A DNA stretch of 63,691 bases, counting the filler, from Octopus bimaculoides (taxonomy: Eukaryota): NCBI RefSeq assembly GCF_001194135.2. It is 4 parts of 4 records of this genome, joined end to end, with 100 filler letters (N's around TTAATTAATTAA, not from the genome) between each part and the next. Parts side by side here need not be neighbours in the genome. Positions count along the whole stretch, not along the records: positions 23,665 to 41,204 come from NC_069000.1; positions 41,305 to 63,691 come from NC_069007.1; 2 more parts are not named here. One strand, written 5' to 3'. The translations under genes and the position numbers were made by a program. Positions 27,275 to 41,488 of the stretch are shown one piece after another (position 1 is the stretch's first letter; each line of letters begins with the position of its first letter). The notes under the pieces were generated by a model. The model saw nothing but the letters and a program-made list of their open reading frames with translations, had not been told where the DNA came from and did not search any database.

Positions 27275-27813
27275 ATGCCCTGATGCAGTACCAGGCACTG
27301 GCTCTCATGGCTTCTGATTATAACTGATTGGAAGTGTTATCATGTATATGTTTTGTCTTGGTATAAAAAGATGGGCTACAGCAAATATTCTGCTGAATAC
27401 CACAGATTTGTTTGTCAGTTGTTTGACCTTAACGAGTTGAACATGTCCATTGGTGGCTGACGATATGTGCATCTCTGATCATTAACAGAAGTAGTGGGGG
27501 AGCATCATAGCCATGTGTTGAGAGGAATTCTTTGGAGTTTGGATAAATCACCTCTGGAAACATGGGTGTTTCGTTCAACATCCTTAAACAATCCTTATTC
27601 AGGGATGAGCTATTCGACCTGAATACAATTCTAACTGGGATCCACCTGCTAGGTCATGTGCTGTTTATCTTGATATGAGATGACCATGTCATGGTGGTTG
27701 TGATGCATGTATTTGGTGTGCCCTTTTCAGACGGGTGGTCATGTTGGATATACTGGACTTCGTATATCTGTACCCCAGTGTCACTTTGATGGCATGCACT
27801 GATTTCTCACTCA
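27275..27813. repeat. About 540-bp interspersed repeat bounded by (AAT)n, copy 1
   Basis: Collinear with 37347-37848 (tggcttctgat..aactgattggaa...gatggcatgcactg.t.tctcactcaat). Inverted fragment at about 57190-57260. Confidence 0.8.
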
Positions 27814-27824
27814 ATAATAATAAT

Positions 27825-27875
<51 letters not shown>

Positions 27876-28429
27876 CATCCTTTCTACTATAGGCACAAGG
27901 CCTTAAATTTGGTGTGGTGGGGATTAGACGATTTCATCGACCCCTGTATGTCACTGGTACTTAATTTATCGACCCCGAGAGGATGAAAGGTAAAGTCGAT
28001 CTCGGCGGAATTTGAACTCAGAACGTAACGATAGACTAAATACTGCTAATGTGGACCTGTGCAGTTGCCGAGTGACATCCAAGAGATCGGAAAAGGGTCC
28101 ATGGAAGGCGTCAACGACGACGGGGAAGAGGATCTAGTTAAGCAATTTGGGTCAAGTGGGAAAAGAACTTCGCAATGGAGACAGAATTGGAAGCACATTG
28201 TGACTAGCGGTGTATAACAACTTCTGATGATCTGGTCGATACTGTGATATTGTGATATAATGTAGCTTTTCTGGTCTTTCCAAGGAAGTCATCCCAATGC
28301 ACTCCGTGTATTAGTGGAGGCAAATGGATGAGTTTAAGTTTCTCGGGGCTGTATATACGAGTGATAGGAAGCAGGGGGAATTAACTGAATACTAGAATTG
28401 CAGGTGCTGATACAATAATGTTTGAAGAG

Positions 28430-28760
28430 GAGAAGCTGGTAAAAAAACTCAAACTTACTATCTTCAGTTCGGCTTTCGTGTCTATCCGCATCTTTGCTCA
28501 TATATGTTGAATAATGACTGAAAAAAGTACAATCACGAATACATCTTGCTGAAAAGGGCTTCCTCTGAACGATTTTTGGTGTGACATTACAAGACAGGGT
28601 GCGTAGCTCGGATGTCAACAAATCTCTCCAGCTCGAGCCGCTACTTCTCTGCATTGAAAAGTCACAGCTCCGGTCCTTCAGACAAGGGATTAGAATGTTG
28701 CGGGAAAGAACCGTAAGACGGATTCTTCAAGCCGAACTAACCAGCAGGGAGACCTAGGAG
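28430..28760 (+). mobile_element. Degenerate RTE (Expander-like) LINE ORF C-terminal fragment
   Basis: GVTLQDRVRSSDVNKSLQLEPLLLCIEKSQLRSFRQGIRMLRERTVRRILQAE, preceded by KLTIFSSAFV..MTEK. Resembles the RTE DRVRSS..LEPLLLRIERSQLRW pattern. Confidence 0.72.
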
Positions 28761-28785
28761 CAGATCAAGAATGAGACAGTTCTCT

Positions 28786-28981
28786 TTTACTCTTTCACTC
28801 TTTTATTTGTTTCAGCCATTTGACTGCGGCCATGCTAGAGCACCGCCTTTAGTCGAGCAAATCGACCCCAGGACTTATTCTTTGTGAGCCTAGTACTTAT
28901 TCTATCGGTCTCATTTGCCGAACCGCTAAGTTACGGGGACGTAAACACACCACAATCGGTTGTCAAGCGATGTTGGGGGAA

Positions 28982-29027
<46 letters not shown>

Positions 29028-29141
29028 AATATATACATATATACGACGGGCTTCTTTCAGTTTCCGTCTACCAAATCCACTCACAAGGCTTTGGTCGGCC
29101 CGAGGCTATAGTAGAAGGCACTTGCCCAAGGTGCCGCGCAG
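28786..29141 (-). mobile_element. SINE family A, 5'-truncated
   Basis: Near-consensus tail and body with (CA)n(TA)n centre; breaks at gtgccgcgca. Confidence 0.85.
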
Positions 29142-30819
29142 TTCGTAAATATTTACTTCCTCAGTTGTTCACGCTCGTGCATCCGGCCAGAAAACCTGAT
29201 GACAGTTACTGCTCTTAAGACCTTATGGAAGAGGTACCTGTGGTCATCACCCCTAACGACCTTCCTGAGAAAAGAAGGCGGGGAAGATGGATGGATAGGT
29301 TGTTCTTAAAAATATTCCTGTCTCGAGAGCTGATATTTTTTGTAAATGTTTACATTGTAACATCTCTGCTATTGACATAAAATACCGTTGTCTGAGATTC
29401 AGAGTTTGTGTTTAGTTTATCTAACAGCTTTTTCGATTGATTCTCTGTGGCCAAAGTAACAAGTATGGGAGGAAATGATAGCGATGCGTTAAACAGAAAT
29501 TCATAACTAACTCAAATAAGGGACTTGAGTGAAGGCTTTAAAGGTACAGCGAGAATATAAGTGTGGTGAGGATATAAATATACGTATAAACGTAAATACA
29601 CAGACATTAAGAAAAATACGAAAGGAAAATATTTTCTTATTATTTTAGTTTAAAAGTGAGAGTGATGCATATAGTTGTAGCAATGTGTGTTAATATGTGT
29701 ATGTGTAGAAACTGTGTAAAGGTTTAAAGTAGCATTACATCTGGAGAAAGTGTGAGTGAGGAAAGAAGGCGGAAAGGAGGTGTCTGAGAAGGAAAGGTGT
29801 TTCTTAATAGGAGGTTGAAGGAACTAAAGAGGGGGAATTATATTTGCAGTAGGGAGTAAGGGTGAAGCACACGTCTACAGTCAAGGCGTGTGTCAATATA
29901 TACATCTTCATAACAATCCGATTCTGTTGGAGAGGACGTATCAGGCATAAACACGGAATGAGTCTATTGGGCGCAGGTGTTTGGGCGCTAATGATTTGGC
30001 ACGGCTGACTGGACATTGAACCTGTTTTGACGACAGTACATTTTGGCACTGAAGGCAAACGCACACGTACACAGACGAACACGCATACACACGCACGCGC
30101 AAAATATAGGAAGATGAGTGAGAGAGACAAAAAGAGAGAGAGAGAGATTACTATTTATTAATTGAGCACGAATGACACAAACACACACCTATTCTTGATA
30201 CACATAAAGAAAAATATGTTCACACACATAAACACACACACACAGAAAGAGAAAGAGAGAGGAGGAAATATATAAAAAAGCATTAAAATGAGATTGACAT
30301 TAAAACGTCTGCGGTTAAATAAGTCAGCATCGAACCAACGACGCTAAATAAGCGGCACCAAAATGGCTATATCGAAACGTCACCTACTCGCATGAAGAAG
30401 AGTTTTTTCTCTTTATATTTAAAAGAATCTCAAAACTGGTGATGTGTGGAAGAAACAGATACGGAAAGATAGTCAGTAACTTGAAATGGCCGGCTACAAT
30501 TTTGGAGGGCCTTAAATGTACTGGCAATTATTTGAGAGTTGTTCTCCTAAAATGCTTTCTACTTCACCTTCATATATTGCATTATGTACACACACACACA
30601 CACACACATGATAGGCTTCCACATAGTCTCCATCTGTTAAATTCAATCACAAGGCATTCGTCAGTCCGAAGCTAATGTAGAAGACACATACTCAAGGTGC
30701 CACGAAGTGGGACTGAATCCGAAACCAGGTCGTTGCAAAGTGAGTTTCTTGGCCATACCAGCAATGCTAAACACAGTTTAGCACTCTTAAAATTAATATT
30801 CCTTTCTACTGAGGAAGGG

Positions 30820-31390
30820 TCCAGACGATTACATCGACCCCAGTGCTCAGCTGGTACTTATTTCACCAAACAAAACACGTTTTGTCTGGCGTGCGCTAGC
30901 TATTTCGCCAGCTCACCGCCTTAATCTTATAATTGATATTGGTTTCACATTTTGGCCCAAAGTCAGCAATTTCGTGGGAGGGGTTAAGTCGATTAGATCG
31001 ACCCCAGTGTTCAACTGGTACTTATTTTAACGACCCCTGAAAGGGATGAAAAGCAAAGTCGACTTTGGTAGAATTTGAACTCAGAACGTAAAAACGGACG
31101 AAATGCCGCTAAGCATTTTGCCCCACATGCTAACGGCCCTGCTAGTTCGCTGCCTTATTTTACTGGTTAATATTAATTAAAAGCTTAAAGCGACGAGTTG
31201 CTAGAATCGTTTACACGCCGGACCAAATGCTTAGCGGCATTTCGTCCGTCTTTACGTTCTGAGTTCAAATACCGCCGCGGTCGACTTTGCCTTTCATCCA
31301 TTCTGGGTCGATAAAATAAGGACCAGTGGAACACTGGGGATCGATGTGATCAGCTTAACACTGCCCCCGAACTTTTCTGGTCTTGTGCCA
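30820..31390. mobile_element. SINE family B cluster (minus copies, then a head-to-head plus copy)
   Basis: Minus copy about 30950-31145, plus copy about 31190-31390. Confidence 0.8.
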
Positions 31391-32554
31391 NNNNNNNNNN
31401 NNNNNNNNNNNNNNNNNNNNNNNNNNNNNNNNNNNNNNNNNNNNNNNNNNNNNNNNNNNNNNNNNNNNNNNNNNNNNNNNNNNNNNNNNNNNNNNNNNNN
31501 NNNNNNNNNNNNNNNNNNNNNNNNNNNNNNNNNNNNNNNNNNNNNNNNNNNNNNNNNNNNNNNNNNNNNNNNNNNNNNNNNNNNNNNNNNNNNNAATTAG
31601 TAAATAAGATTTTAATTTCGTTTAGTTGTGTGAAGAATATTAAACGGTAATTAATATAATCTCTACTGCCCCAAGTGTGTTGTTTTATGAATTAAAATGA
31701 AATGAATTTTTAATGGAATCGATTCATTCAAAGCTGAATGTTATAATAATGCGCTTTCTCATTACCGTTTATAGTGAAGTCGGGTGCGGGGACACACACA
31801 CATACTCACACCGTGGGCCGGCGAAAATAATTTCTTTCAGGACTAATACCATTGAAACACACACTATTCTGAATGATATTTGAGTTGAAAAGAAGAGATG
31901 CAAAATTAAAAAAAAAAAAAATAAATAAAAAAGTGAAAGAGAAAAGGAGAGGGGATAAAAGTGAAGAAAATAGCACGTGTAAAATATTAGTTTCAGAAGA
32001 AAGAGATAAAATCTTATGCTAACTCATCAGATTTTCGATGTAACTTTATACAAATGCCTGCTGTTTAGCATCTCAAGCACTGATGACTTTCTCAATTATG
32101 GCTTTGCGGTCTCTGTATTCACTTGGGCAATACAAAATATGCTGTGTTTTATTATATATTTTTTTTGTGTATTAATTAATATTTTTCTTAATTAATTACA
32201 GACAAATGACTTGAGCAGTTTGACAAATAATGATATACCTTTTCATTACACACTAGAGGTCTAAATTGATTGATATTACTGGTACTTACTTTATTAACAC
32301 TTGAGAGATGAAAAGCAAAATCTACTTTCGGACTCTTTCAACTTTTACGTATCGTATGGCAACATCCGGTTCGACTCTTTATTAACTCAACTATTTATAC
32401 TGCTCGTGTTTAGCAAATCATTCTTTCCTCATACAAAATTGAAACTCTGGCATTTAAAAAAAAAAAGAAGATATATATAAAGACCTTCATATCTTTCTCT
32501 AAGGCATGAGCAATATCAGTGACTTAAGGGAAAATACAGCTTCAATATTCTTGT

Positions 32555-33990
32555 CTACTCTAGGTACAAGGCTCGAAGTCTTTGGGAAGAGGCTAGTCGA
32601 TTACATCGACTCCAGTGCGTAAATGGTACCTAATTTGTCGATCCCGAAAGGATGACAGGCAAAGTCGACCTCGGCAGAATTTGAACTCAGAACGTAAAGA
32701 CAGACGAAATACCGCTGAACATTTCGCTCGGCGTGCTAACGTTTTTTTAATTTCTTTATTGCCCACCAAGGGGCTAAACATAGAGGGGACAAACAAGGAC
32801 AGACAGAGGGCATAAGTCGATTACATCGACCCCTGTGCGTAACTGGTACTTAATTTATCGACCCCGAAAGGATGAAAGGCAAACTCGACCTCGGCGGAAT
32901 TTGAACTCAGAACGCAAAGACAGACGAAATACCGCTAAGCATGTCGTCCGGCGTGCTAACCACTCTGCCAGCTCACCCCCTTATTTCAACTTCAGTATTG
33001 AAAAATTCAAAATTGCAAACGGTAATCATTTCTATGATTACCTGCATATTTATTCTTAAAATGTTCCGAAAAATTCGAACGTGAATGTTAATCGCTCTTA
33101 TATTTCCTCACGGGGTAACAACTTCTCTTTAACGACAAACGTGGGTCCATAACACACTCGATTTATAAGGGCAAGGAAGATGAGCTGGTAGACTCATTCG
33201 AGCCTCGGACAAAACGCTTAGGCGCATTTCTTCAGCTTCATTATATTCTGTGTTCAAATTCTGCTGAAGTAGAATTTACCTTTCATCCCCTTGGAACGAT
33301 AAAATAAATACCAGTTGAACACTGGGTCGATGAAATCGACTTGCCCCTCCTCTAAACATACGAGTCTTGTGCAAAAATTTGAAACAATTCGTTAGCGGAA
33401 AAAACTCGGTGATAACTGGTGTTTCGACATTTCCGCGTCACGTCAGACAGTGGCACCTCTGACTAATGAATCTAATAACAGTTGAAACTATTCGCTAATC
33501 CGTGCTGATATCTGTCAACTGATAATAAATCATCATTTGCACGATTTATTATCAATTTTGAGCTGAGGGGATAAGTCGAACACGACGGAATTTGAACACA
33601 GATTCCGAAAGAAATACCTCTAGGTATTTCATCCGACGCACTGACGATTCCACTAGCCCGCTGCCTTTGGGTTTAAGTTTTAACTCAAGGCCAGCAATTT
33701 TAGGAGGAGAAAGCTAACTGATTACATCGAATCCAGTATTCAACTGGTACTTATTTTATCCCCGTTCCCCGAAAAGATGAAAGGCAAAGCTGACCTCAGT
33801 GGGATTTGAACCCAGAACGTAAAGAGCTGGAAGAAATGTCACTAAGCATTTTGTCCGACGCGCTAACGATTCTGCCAGCTCACCACCTTACATAAAATGG
33901 TTTCAAATCTCGGCATAAGGCCAGCAATTTTAGGGGAGAGAAATAGTCAATTATATCGATCCCAGGACTGAACTGGTTTAACTATATCAA
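32555..33990. mobile_element. SINE family B cluster
   Basis: Two minus copies 32555-32985, a plus copy 33170-33385, and minus copies 33570-33990. Confidence 0.78.
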
Positions 33991-34603
33991 CTCCGAAAGG
34001 ATGAAATGGAAACGTCAAGAACAAGCCTCTTCCTTTTCATTCATGGCATGTCAGTTATGGAGAATTATTGATCCTAGAGATTATCTACCCTTCTTAAGTG
34101 AAGCTCTTCTCAATTGCCATTTGATAATTACGATAGGGGCAGAGATAATTTTAATTAATCAAAACTTTATGATGTATAGTAGTTAATATAACCGTATTTG
34201 CCCCTATAAAATATGTACAACGTTACATTAGGGAGAAGTAAAGTAATAAAGAGCTTTTAGCGTTGCACATGTTTCATGTATTACGATTGGAATAAACCAT
34301 TTTTATTTTCAATGTTTTTCCCCGTCTTTAACTGCTGTCGTGGTACATTTTGATTCTGTAGCCCTCTTGCTGGGCGTTGTTAGTACGCATGCTCACACAC
34401 ACACAGAGGAACACACATGCAAACAAATAAACATGTATGCAAACGCATAAATTACTAGCAAAGACATAGAAAGATAAACAACATAAGCACGACATGCGTA
34501 TGTTTATAAGATTCGGTATGAGTGAGGTGTATCTCAAGAATTCTATAAAAGAAATTCCATTAAGTTTCCAGAATTGAGAGAGAGAGAGAGAGAAAGAACA
34601 GAT

Positions 34604-34643
<40 letters not shown>

Positions 34644-35089
34644 AGATGTGAGAGAGAGAGAAAGATTGCACTTGATACTGTTGAGACTATTCTCCATGGA
34701 ATAATCCTGATAGCAATCACCAGAGAATTCCTTAAATTTAGATCCACCCAGTTGCACAAGCTGTAATTTGTTACTACACACACACGCACGCACACACGCA
34801 CACACACACACACACATACACACANNNNNNNNNNNNNNNNNNNNNNNNNNNNNNNNNNNNNNNNNNNNNNNNNNNNNNNNNNNNNNNNNNNNNNNNNNNN
34901 NNNNNNNNNNNNNNNNNNNNNNNNNNNNNNNNNNNNNNNNNNNNNNNNNNNNNNNNNNNNNNNNNNNNNNNNNNNNNNNNNNNNNNNNNNNNNNNNNNNN
35001 NNNNNNNNNNNNNNNNNNNNNNNNNNNNNNNNNNNNNNNNNNNNNNNNNNNNNNNNNNNNNNNNNNNNNNNNNNNNNNNNNNNNNNNNN

Positions 35090-35144
<55 letters not shown>

Positions 35145-36220
35145 ATATGGGTGAATGATTTGCAGAACATTGCAGAATAACTGCTTAAAATAGAAATTCG
35201 AAGTTTCCTCGGTTCTATCAGATCTCCCATTCAAAGAGTATCACCAAAATTACAAAAGCGAACATATGATCTTTGTACAGATATACGTATTAGATATCCG
35301 GCCTCCTTTTCAGCACCGACTTTTTTGTAGTATTAATACCAGCTGGGCAATAGATTTCTATAACTTGAGGCATATTTGTCTTTCCCTATTTTTACAATCT
35401 TTTTAGATGTCTACATTGGAATGTTTAACCCTAGTTCTTCATATCCATAGTCGCAAATGCAACCATTACAATATACGAGTATTTTTAACGCCAATATCTT
35501 TCAGCGAATAATGGCCGATTTTACTGATGAAATTTATCTAATAGGCATGTAATATATTGTGAGCGTATTTTCGTATTTTAGGTAGCTGCTCTTTAGACCA
35601 CGTTTCTGTAATATAAACACATTATGACTTAACGTTTGTGGCTAATTATGTGGTAATATTAGTCGTTTATAAATATATTTGTTTCCTTTTGTCTAACAGA
35701 TATTTGATAGTTATCTCCTAGAGAAATCACAGCTGGCCAAGTCAACATCTCCCGGCAATTAGATCGACAGTTAAATTCACTTTTACTGGTGTTGCTGCTC
35801 TCTGTCAATAACTAAAGCATTTAACACTCGTTAGGTCTGTTCATCTAGTTGAAATTGTCTATCAGTATTAGCAGAATTGTATATAACACCAAGCGATGTG
35901 TTAAGCCCGCAGTGCTGGATTCAAAGTATAGACAGCTTGAAACCAGAGAGGAAAAACTCTTACGTTCATCCTTTAGTTTGATTACGTAAGAAGTAATTTA
36001 AAAGTCATTAATCGATTACTAAATGATATCAGATTTATCCCATAATATTCAGTAGTTTCCTATATTTGATTTCTTTGTTTATGTAATGCTCCATGACAAG
36101 TTAAATACTATCGTAATGGGTATGTAAATAGTGATGGTGCGTAGATTTCTCTTTTCTCTCTCGTTCGTATATTATATTTTCTGTTGGCGATTTCCTCAAG
36201 TTTCTAAACAAAATGTCTTA

Positions 36221-36262
<42 letters not shown>

Positions 36263-36297
36263 AATATATATATCGATAGAGAGAGAGAGAGAGAGAG

Positions 36298-36337
<40 letters not shown>

Positions 36338-36462
36338 GTACTTATACACACGCACACATGTTTGTATATGTACATACATATATATACATTATATATATAT
36401 ATACACATATATACATAACGCACACATATACACACATATATAGATATATATGTACAGATGTA

Positions 36463-36532
<70 letters not shown>

Positions 36533-37268
36533 CATATATGCATATATATTTATATACATTCACACATACGCCACACACACACGCACACACACACACACAC
36601 ACGTATGTATATATGTACGTATGTATGTATGTATGTATGTATGTATGATTGTCTGTCTACGCAGGTATTTATGCACGAATGTACAACTATAAATACGGGT
36701 ATTGAAATACGGGTATTGAAATTCATCGTAAGTTAAGTATTTGCTTTTAGAAACAAATATAATGTTCTTATATTTTACATACAAAGAAGATATTCTTACA
36801 TGTCTATTACTTAACATTTATAACATGATATTGTGGCAGGTGTACTTAGAACTTGCAGTAAGCTGGAACCGAACCAATCCGTTGCAGCATATTTTTGACT
36901 CTGTTGAAGTCATTTACTTCTCATTACGTTCTACTGTTGATGATCTTTGTGAAAGCATGTCTATTCAAAATTGTCTGATTTCGTAACATCATAAAATATC
37001 AATGGAGGTCATTATTTTTTATCAATCTCGTGTGTTTCAAAAGAAAAGGCGACCAAGATATGGTTTCAGATTTTGGCACAAGGCAACCGATTTTGGTGGG
37101 GTAGGGAATAAATCGATTACACAGACAACCTCAATGATCAACGGGTGCGTATTTTATCGACACCGAAAGGATGAAAGGCAGAATTTGAAGTCAGAACGTA
37201 AAGATGGACGAAGTATCACGAAGTACTTTGGCCCGGCGTGCTAACGATTCCGTCAGCTCGTTGCTTTG

Positions 37269-37346
<78 letters not shown>

Positions 37347-37348
<2 letters not shown>

Positions 37349-37848
37349 GCTTCTGATCTTAACTGATTGGAAATGTTATCATGTACATGTTTTGTTTTTA
37401 TATAAAAGATGGGCTACAGTAAATATTCTGCTCAATACCACAGATTTACTTGTCAGTTGTTTGACCTTAACCAGTTGAGCATGTCCCTTAGTGGCTGACG
37501 ATATGTGCATCTCTGATCACGATCAGAAGTAGTGTTGAGAGGAATTCTTTGGGGTTTGAATAATTCACTCTTGGAAACATGGGTGTTTTGTTCAACGACT
37601 TTAAAGAACCCTTATTCAGGGACCTTTTGAGCAGGATGAGCTACTCGACCTGAAGAAAATTCTAACTGGGCCTCACCTGCAAACTCATGCAGTGTTTATT
37701 TTGAGATGAAATCACCATGTCGCGCACATATGGTTGTGATGCATGTGCCTGGTGTACCCTTATCAGACGGGTAGTCATGATGGGTATACTGGGCTTCGTA
37801 TATTTTACCCCAGCGTCATTTTGATGGCATGCACTGCTCTCTCACTCA
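37347..37848. repeat. About 540-bp interspersed repeat, copy 2
   Basis: Collinear with 27275-27813; preceded by a long (AAT)n. Confidence 0.8.
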
Positions 37849-38738
37849 ATAATAATGATAGCAACCATATGAGTGTGTGCGTGCGTGTGTATGTATTGTT
37901 CAGCTTTTATTCTGTAACTCTTTTCCATTAGTTCTTGCCAAGATAGTCTTAACCAATGAAATACTGGAAGTTGTGACCCACCGCAGTGGTTGTCTTCCTT
38001 TCTGCACCATGGACATGAAAATCTCGCGCATAAAAAGACAACAAAGTGCATACTATATATATGTTCATTATTACATATCATGTATTGATGAACCACGGAC
38101 GTTTTTACGTAGGTAAAAAGGTTGATGGGGAAACCGTTATACGATTAATTCTTTATTNNNNNNNNNNNNNNNNNNNNNNNNNNNNNNNNNNNNNNNNNNN
38201 NNNNNNNNNNNNNNNNNNNNNNNNNNNNNNNNNNNNNNNNNNNNNNNNNNNNNNNNNNNNNNNNNNNNNNNNNNNNNNNNNNNNNNNNNNNNNNNNNNNN
38301 NNNNNNNNNNNNNNNNNNNNNNNNNNNNNNNNNNNNNNNNNNNNNNNNNNNNNNNNNNNNNNNNNNNNNNNNNNNNNNNNNNNNNNNNNNNNNNNNNNNN
38401 NNNNNNNNNNNNNNNNNNNNNNNNNNNNNNNNNNNNNNNNNNNNNNNNNNNNNNNNNNNNNNNNNNNNNNNNNNNNNNNNNNNNNNNNNNNNNNNNNNNN
38501 NNNNNNNNNNNNNNNNNNNNNNNNNNNNNNNNNNNNNNNNNNNNNNNNNNNNNNNNNNNNNNNNNNNNNNNNNNNNNNNNNNNNNNNNNNNNNNNNNNNN
38601 NNNNNNNNNNNNNNNNNNNNNNNNNNNNNNNNNNNNNNNNNNNNNNNNNNNNNNNNNNNNNNNNNNNNNNNNNNNNNNNNNNNNNNNNNNNNNNNNNNNN
38701 NNNNNNNNNNNNNNNNNNNNNNNNNNNNNNNNNNNNNN

Positions 38739-38784
<46 letters not shown>

Positions 38785-40628
38785 CGTCGTGGTACTACGT
38801 TGGTTACGACGACAAGGGTTCCAGTTGATCCGATCAACGGAACAGCCTGCTCGTGAAATTAACGTGCAAGTGGCTGATCACTCCATAGAGACGTGTACCC
38901 TTAACGTAGTTCTCTGGATTGAGCTGTGCCTAAATTAGAACCATTATTTTTGTTGTTGCTGCTGTTATTATTTGCTGCTGTTCTAGTCAGACATCGTTGT
39001 GATGTTCCTTTCAAAGTAAGGGTAATTACAACAGGGAACAGATTTATTTATTTTTTTATCAAACATGCTCACACTGATAGCTTCTACATTTTCTATAAGA
39101 CATAGAAAAGCTATCTGTAACCTGATATAATAAAGTGTTCCTTGAAAAGCTAGTTTTCTATATTTTTATAACTTAGTATAATTTGACAGGGACCAAAGCA
39201 CGATGAAATGACGTTCAGGTGAGTTTGGCATTGACAAATGAGAAATAGGCGGCAAATCAAAAGGCAATTACGAAACCATAGGCTGTCGGTAACAGGTGTA
39301 AATGTTTATCATTCTGACACATTAATTTATGAATGAGGCGTTTTAATATGTATTTATTATGAAGTAGTGGAAATTATGAATTTATTAGTCTTCAAAGAAA
39401 ACCATTATTAATTTGTCTACGAAGCAAAAGAAAAATAAATGTTTTTTGAAAATATAGTTATGTATTTCGTATAAATTATTAGATTTGGAACACACGTGAT
39501 AATTTCGACTACCCTGCAATTCTAAATGTAATATACGAGCCGTGTGTATATGTGTTTGTGCGTCTGTATGTGTTTGTGTATTATGCATGTATATGTGCAT
39601 GTTTTTATAATCGTTGAACTAATTTAAGGAATGTCATCCGATAAATCTCTTCCAGAAATCTCTATTTTAAGACAACGGTATCAAATAACCAAATGACTAC
39701 TAAATTTCCTTCGGGGAAAGCCTTTAGTTTTAGCCAGAGAGTGTTTCTTTTCGGTTTACAAATTGTTTCACCCTTTCTTCGAGGTAGGGCGATTTGAAAC
39801 GTCTGCTCTTTGAATAAATGTCCTTTTGACGGCTTTCACTCGTAACAAAAACATAATTACAGAAACGAAAACTTTTTCAGCCACAAACAAACCCCAAACG
39901 TATTCAAACAAGCCAACATTTTAACAAACTGTTTCTTCTATCCATAACATAGCGTACTTGGATCGCTGGTGTATACATCAACATACATGAACCAATATCA
40001 ATAACCGGATTGTTATTCTGCAACATTTTTCAAGTATACACCTATATATNNNNNNNNNNNNNNNNNNNNNNNNNNNNNNNNNNNNNNNNNNNNNNNNNNN
40101 NNNNNNNNNNNNNNNNNNNNNNNNNNNNNNNNNNNNNNNNNNNNNNNNNNNNNNNNNNNNNNNNNNNNNNNNNNNNNNNNNNNNNNNNNNNNNNNNNNNN
40201 NNNNNNNNNNNNNNNNNNNNNNNNNNNNNNNNNNNNNNNNNNNNNNNNNNNNNNNNNNNNNNNNNNNNNNNNNNNNNNNNNNNNNNNNNNNNNNNNNNNN
40301 NNNNNNNNNNNNNNNNNNNNNNNNNNNNNNNNNNNNNNNNNNNNNNNNNNNNNNNNNNNNNNNNNNTATATATATATGTATATCCGTTTCACACTGGCTA
40401 AGGTCATTGATTTTTCCTCCTCTGATTCTCTGGGCGGTGCGAAGGTACAAACTGCTTTTTGTGGGATGTCCTGACGTCAGTATACAAACACATTTGATAG
40501 ATGTGGATGAAATGAAAATGGAATTGCAAACGAAGATGATTTTGGCAGCCACGCTGTTTATATGGATATCTCATACATCTATACATCTCAAAGATATTCA
40601 GAATTTGACAAAGTATATATATATATAA

Positions 40629-40662
<34 letters not shown>

Positions 40663-41488
40663 GCGTTTGCGTGCGTGTGTGTGTGTGTATGTGTGTATGT
40701 AAGGATGTGTTATAATACTATTCCACATATACAAAAATAGTCATATCAACAATGCAACATACCTCCATCATCAGCTGCCCTACAGATATCATTATGGTTT
40801 CGACACCTGGGCAGTACCATTCAATATATGTATGCGTTCTTGGCATCCTTTTGTTTTGGGAGACAATGGAGTTGCGCATAAATTAATCCAGTCTCGTTTT
40901 TACATTTCATGTCCCCTCCAGTTTCCTCTCCAGTTTTGCGCAAGCCTGGGCTAGATGTAAGAAAATCCTGGGTAGCCCAATCGTCAGGATTCCTCTCTCG
41001 ACCTTGCTGACGTAGTCCAAAGGAGTGCATAGCATTACGTCTGGTACCAGCTTGGTTGCAGGAGCTGCCGGAAGAGTGTCGAGTCGAACGCTAAACCGCC
41101 TCCGGGGCTCCACTCCGGATTTCGTTGAAGGTTGTCTCCTTTCCGTAATCCTGGATAGGGGGCCATGCCGAGTACTGTCAGCCGGAGCCGGCCGGAGTCA
41201 TATANNNNNNNNNNNNNNNNNNNNNNNNNNNNNNNNNNNNNNNNNNNNTTAATTAATTAANNNNNNNNNNNNNNNNNNNNNNNNNNNNNNNNNNNNNNNN
41301 NNNNTATTGATTGATTGATACGAGTATTGAGACTTGCATAAAAGACTTTTCCTGATAAAAAAAAAATCAATGAACGTTGCCCGTTAAGCTGTGTGAGCAA
41401 TGACGGCATGCACACCAGACTTGCACAGCTGATGAGATGCAACGAATTTTAGGGTTCATTCAGTATTGAGTCATGATGGTGGCATTTT

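Noticed and set aside
34670-34770. Open frames on both strands between microsatellites (IALDTVETILHG... / LVQLGGSKFKEF...)
   Set aside because: No convincing splice-site pair or homology; cannot be told apart from chance.
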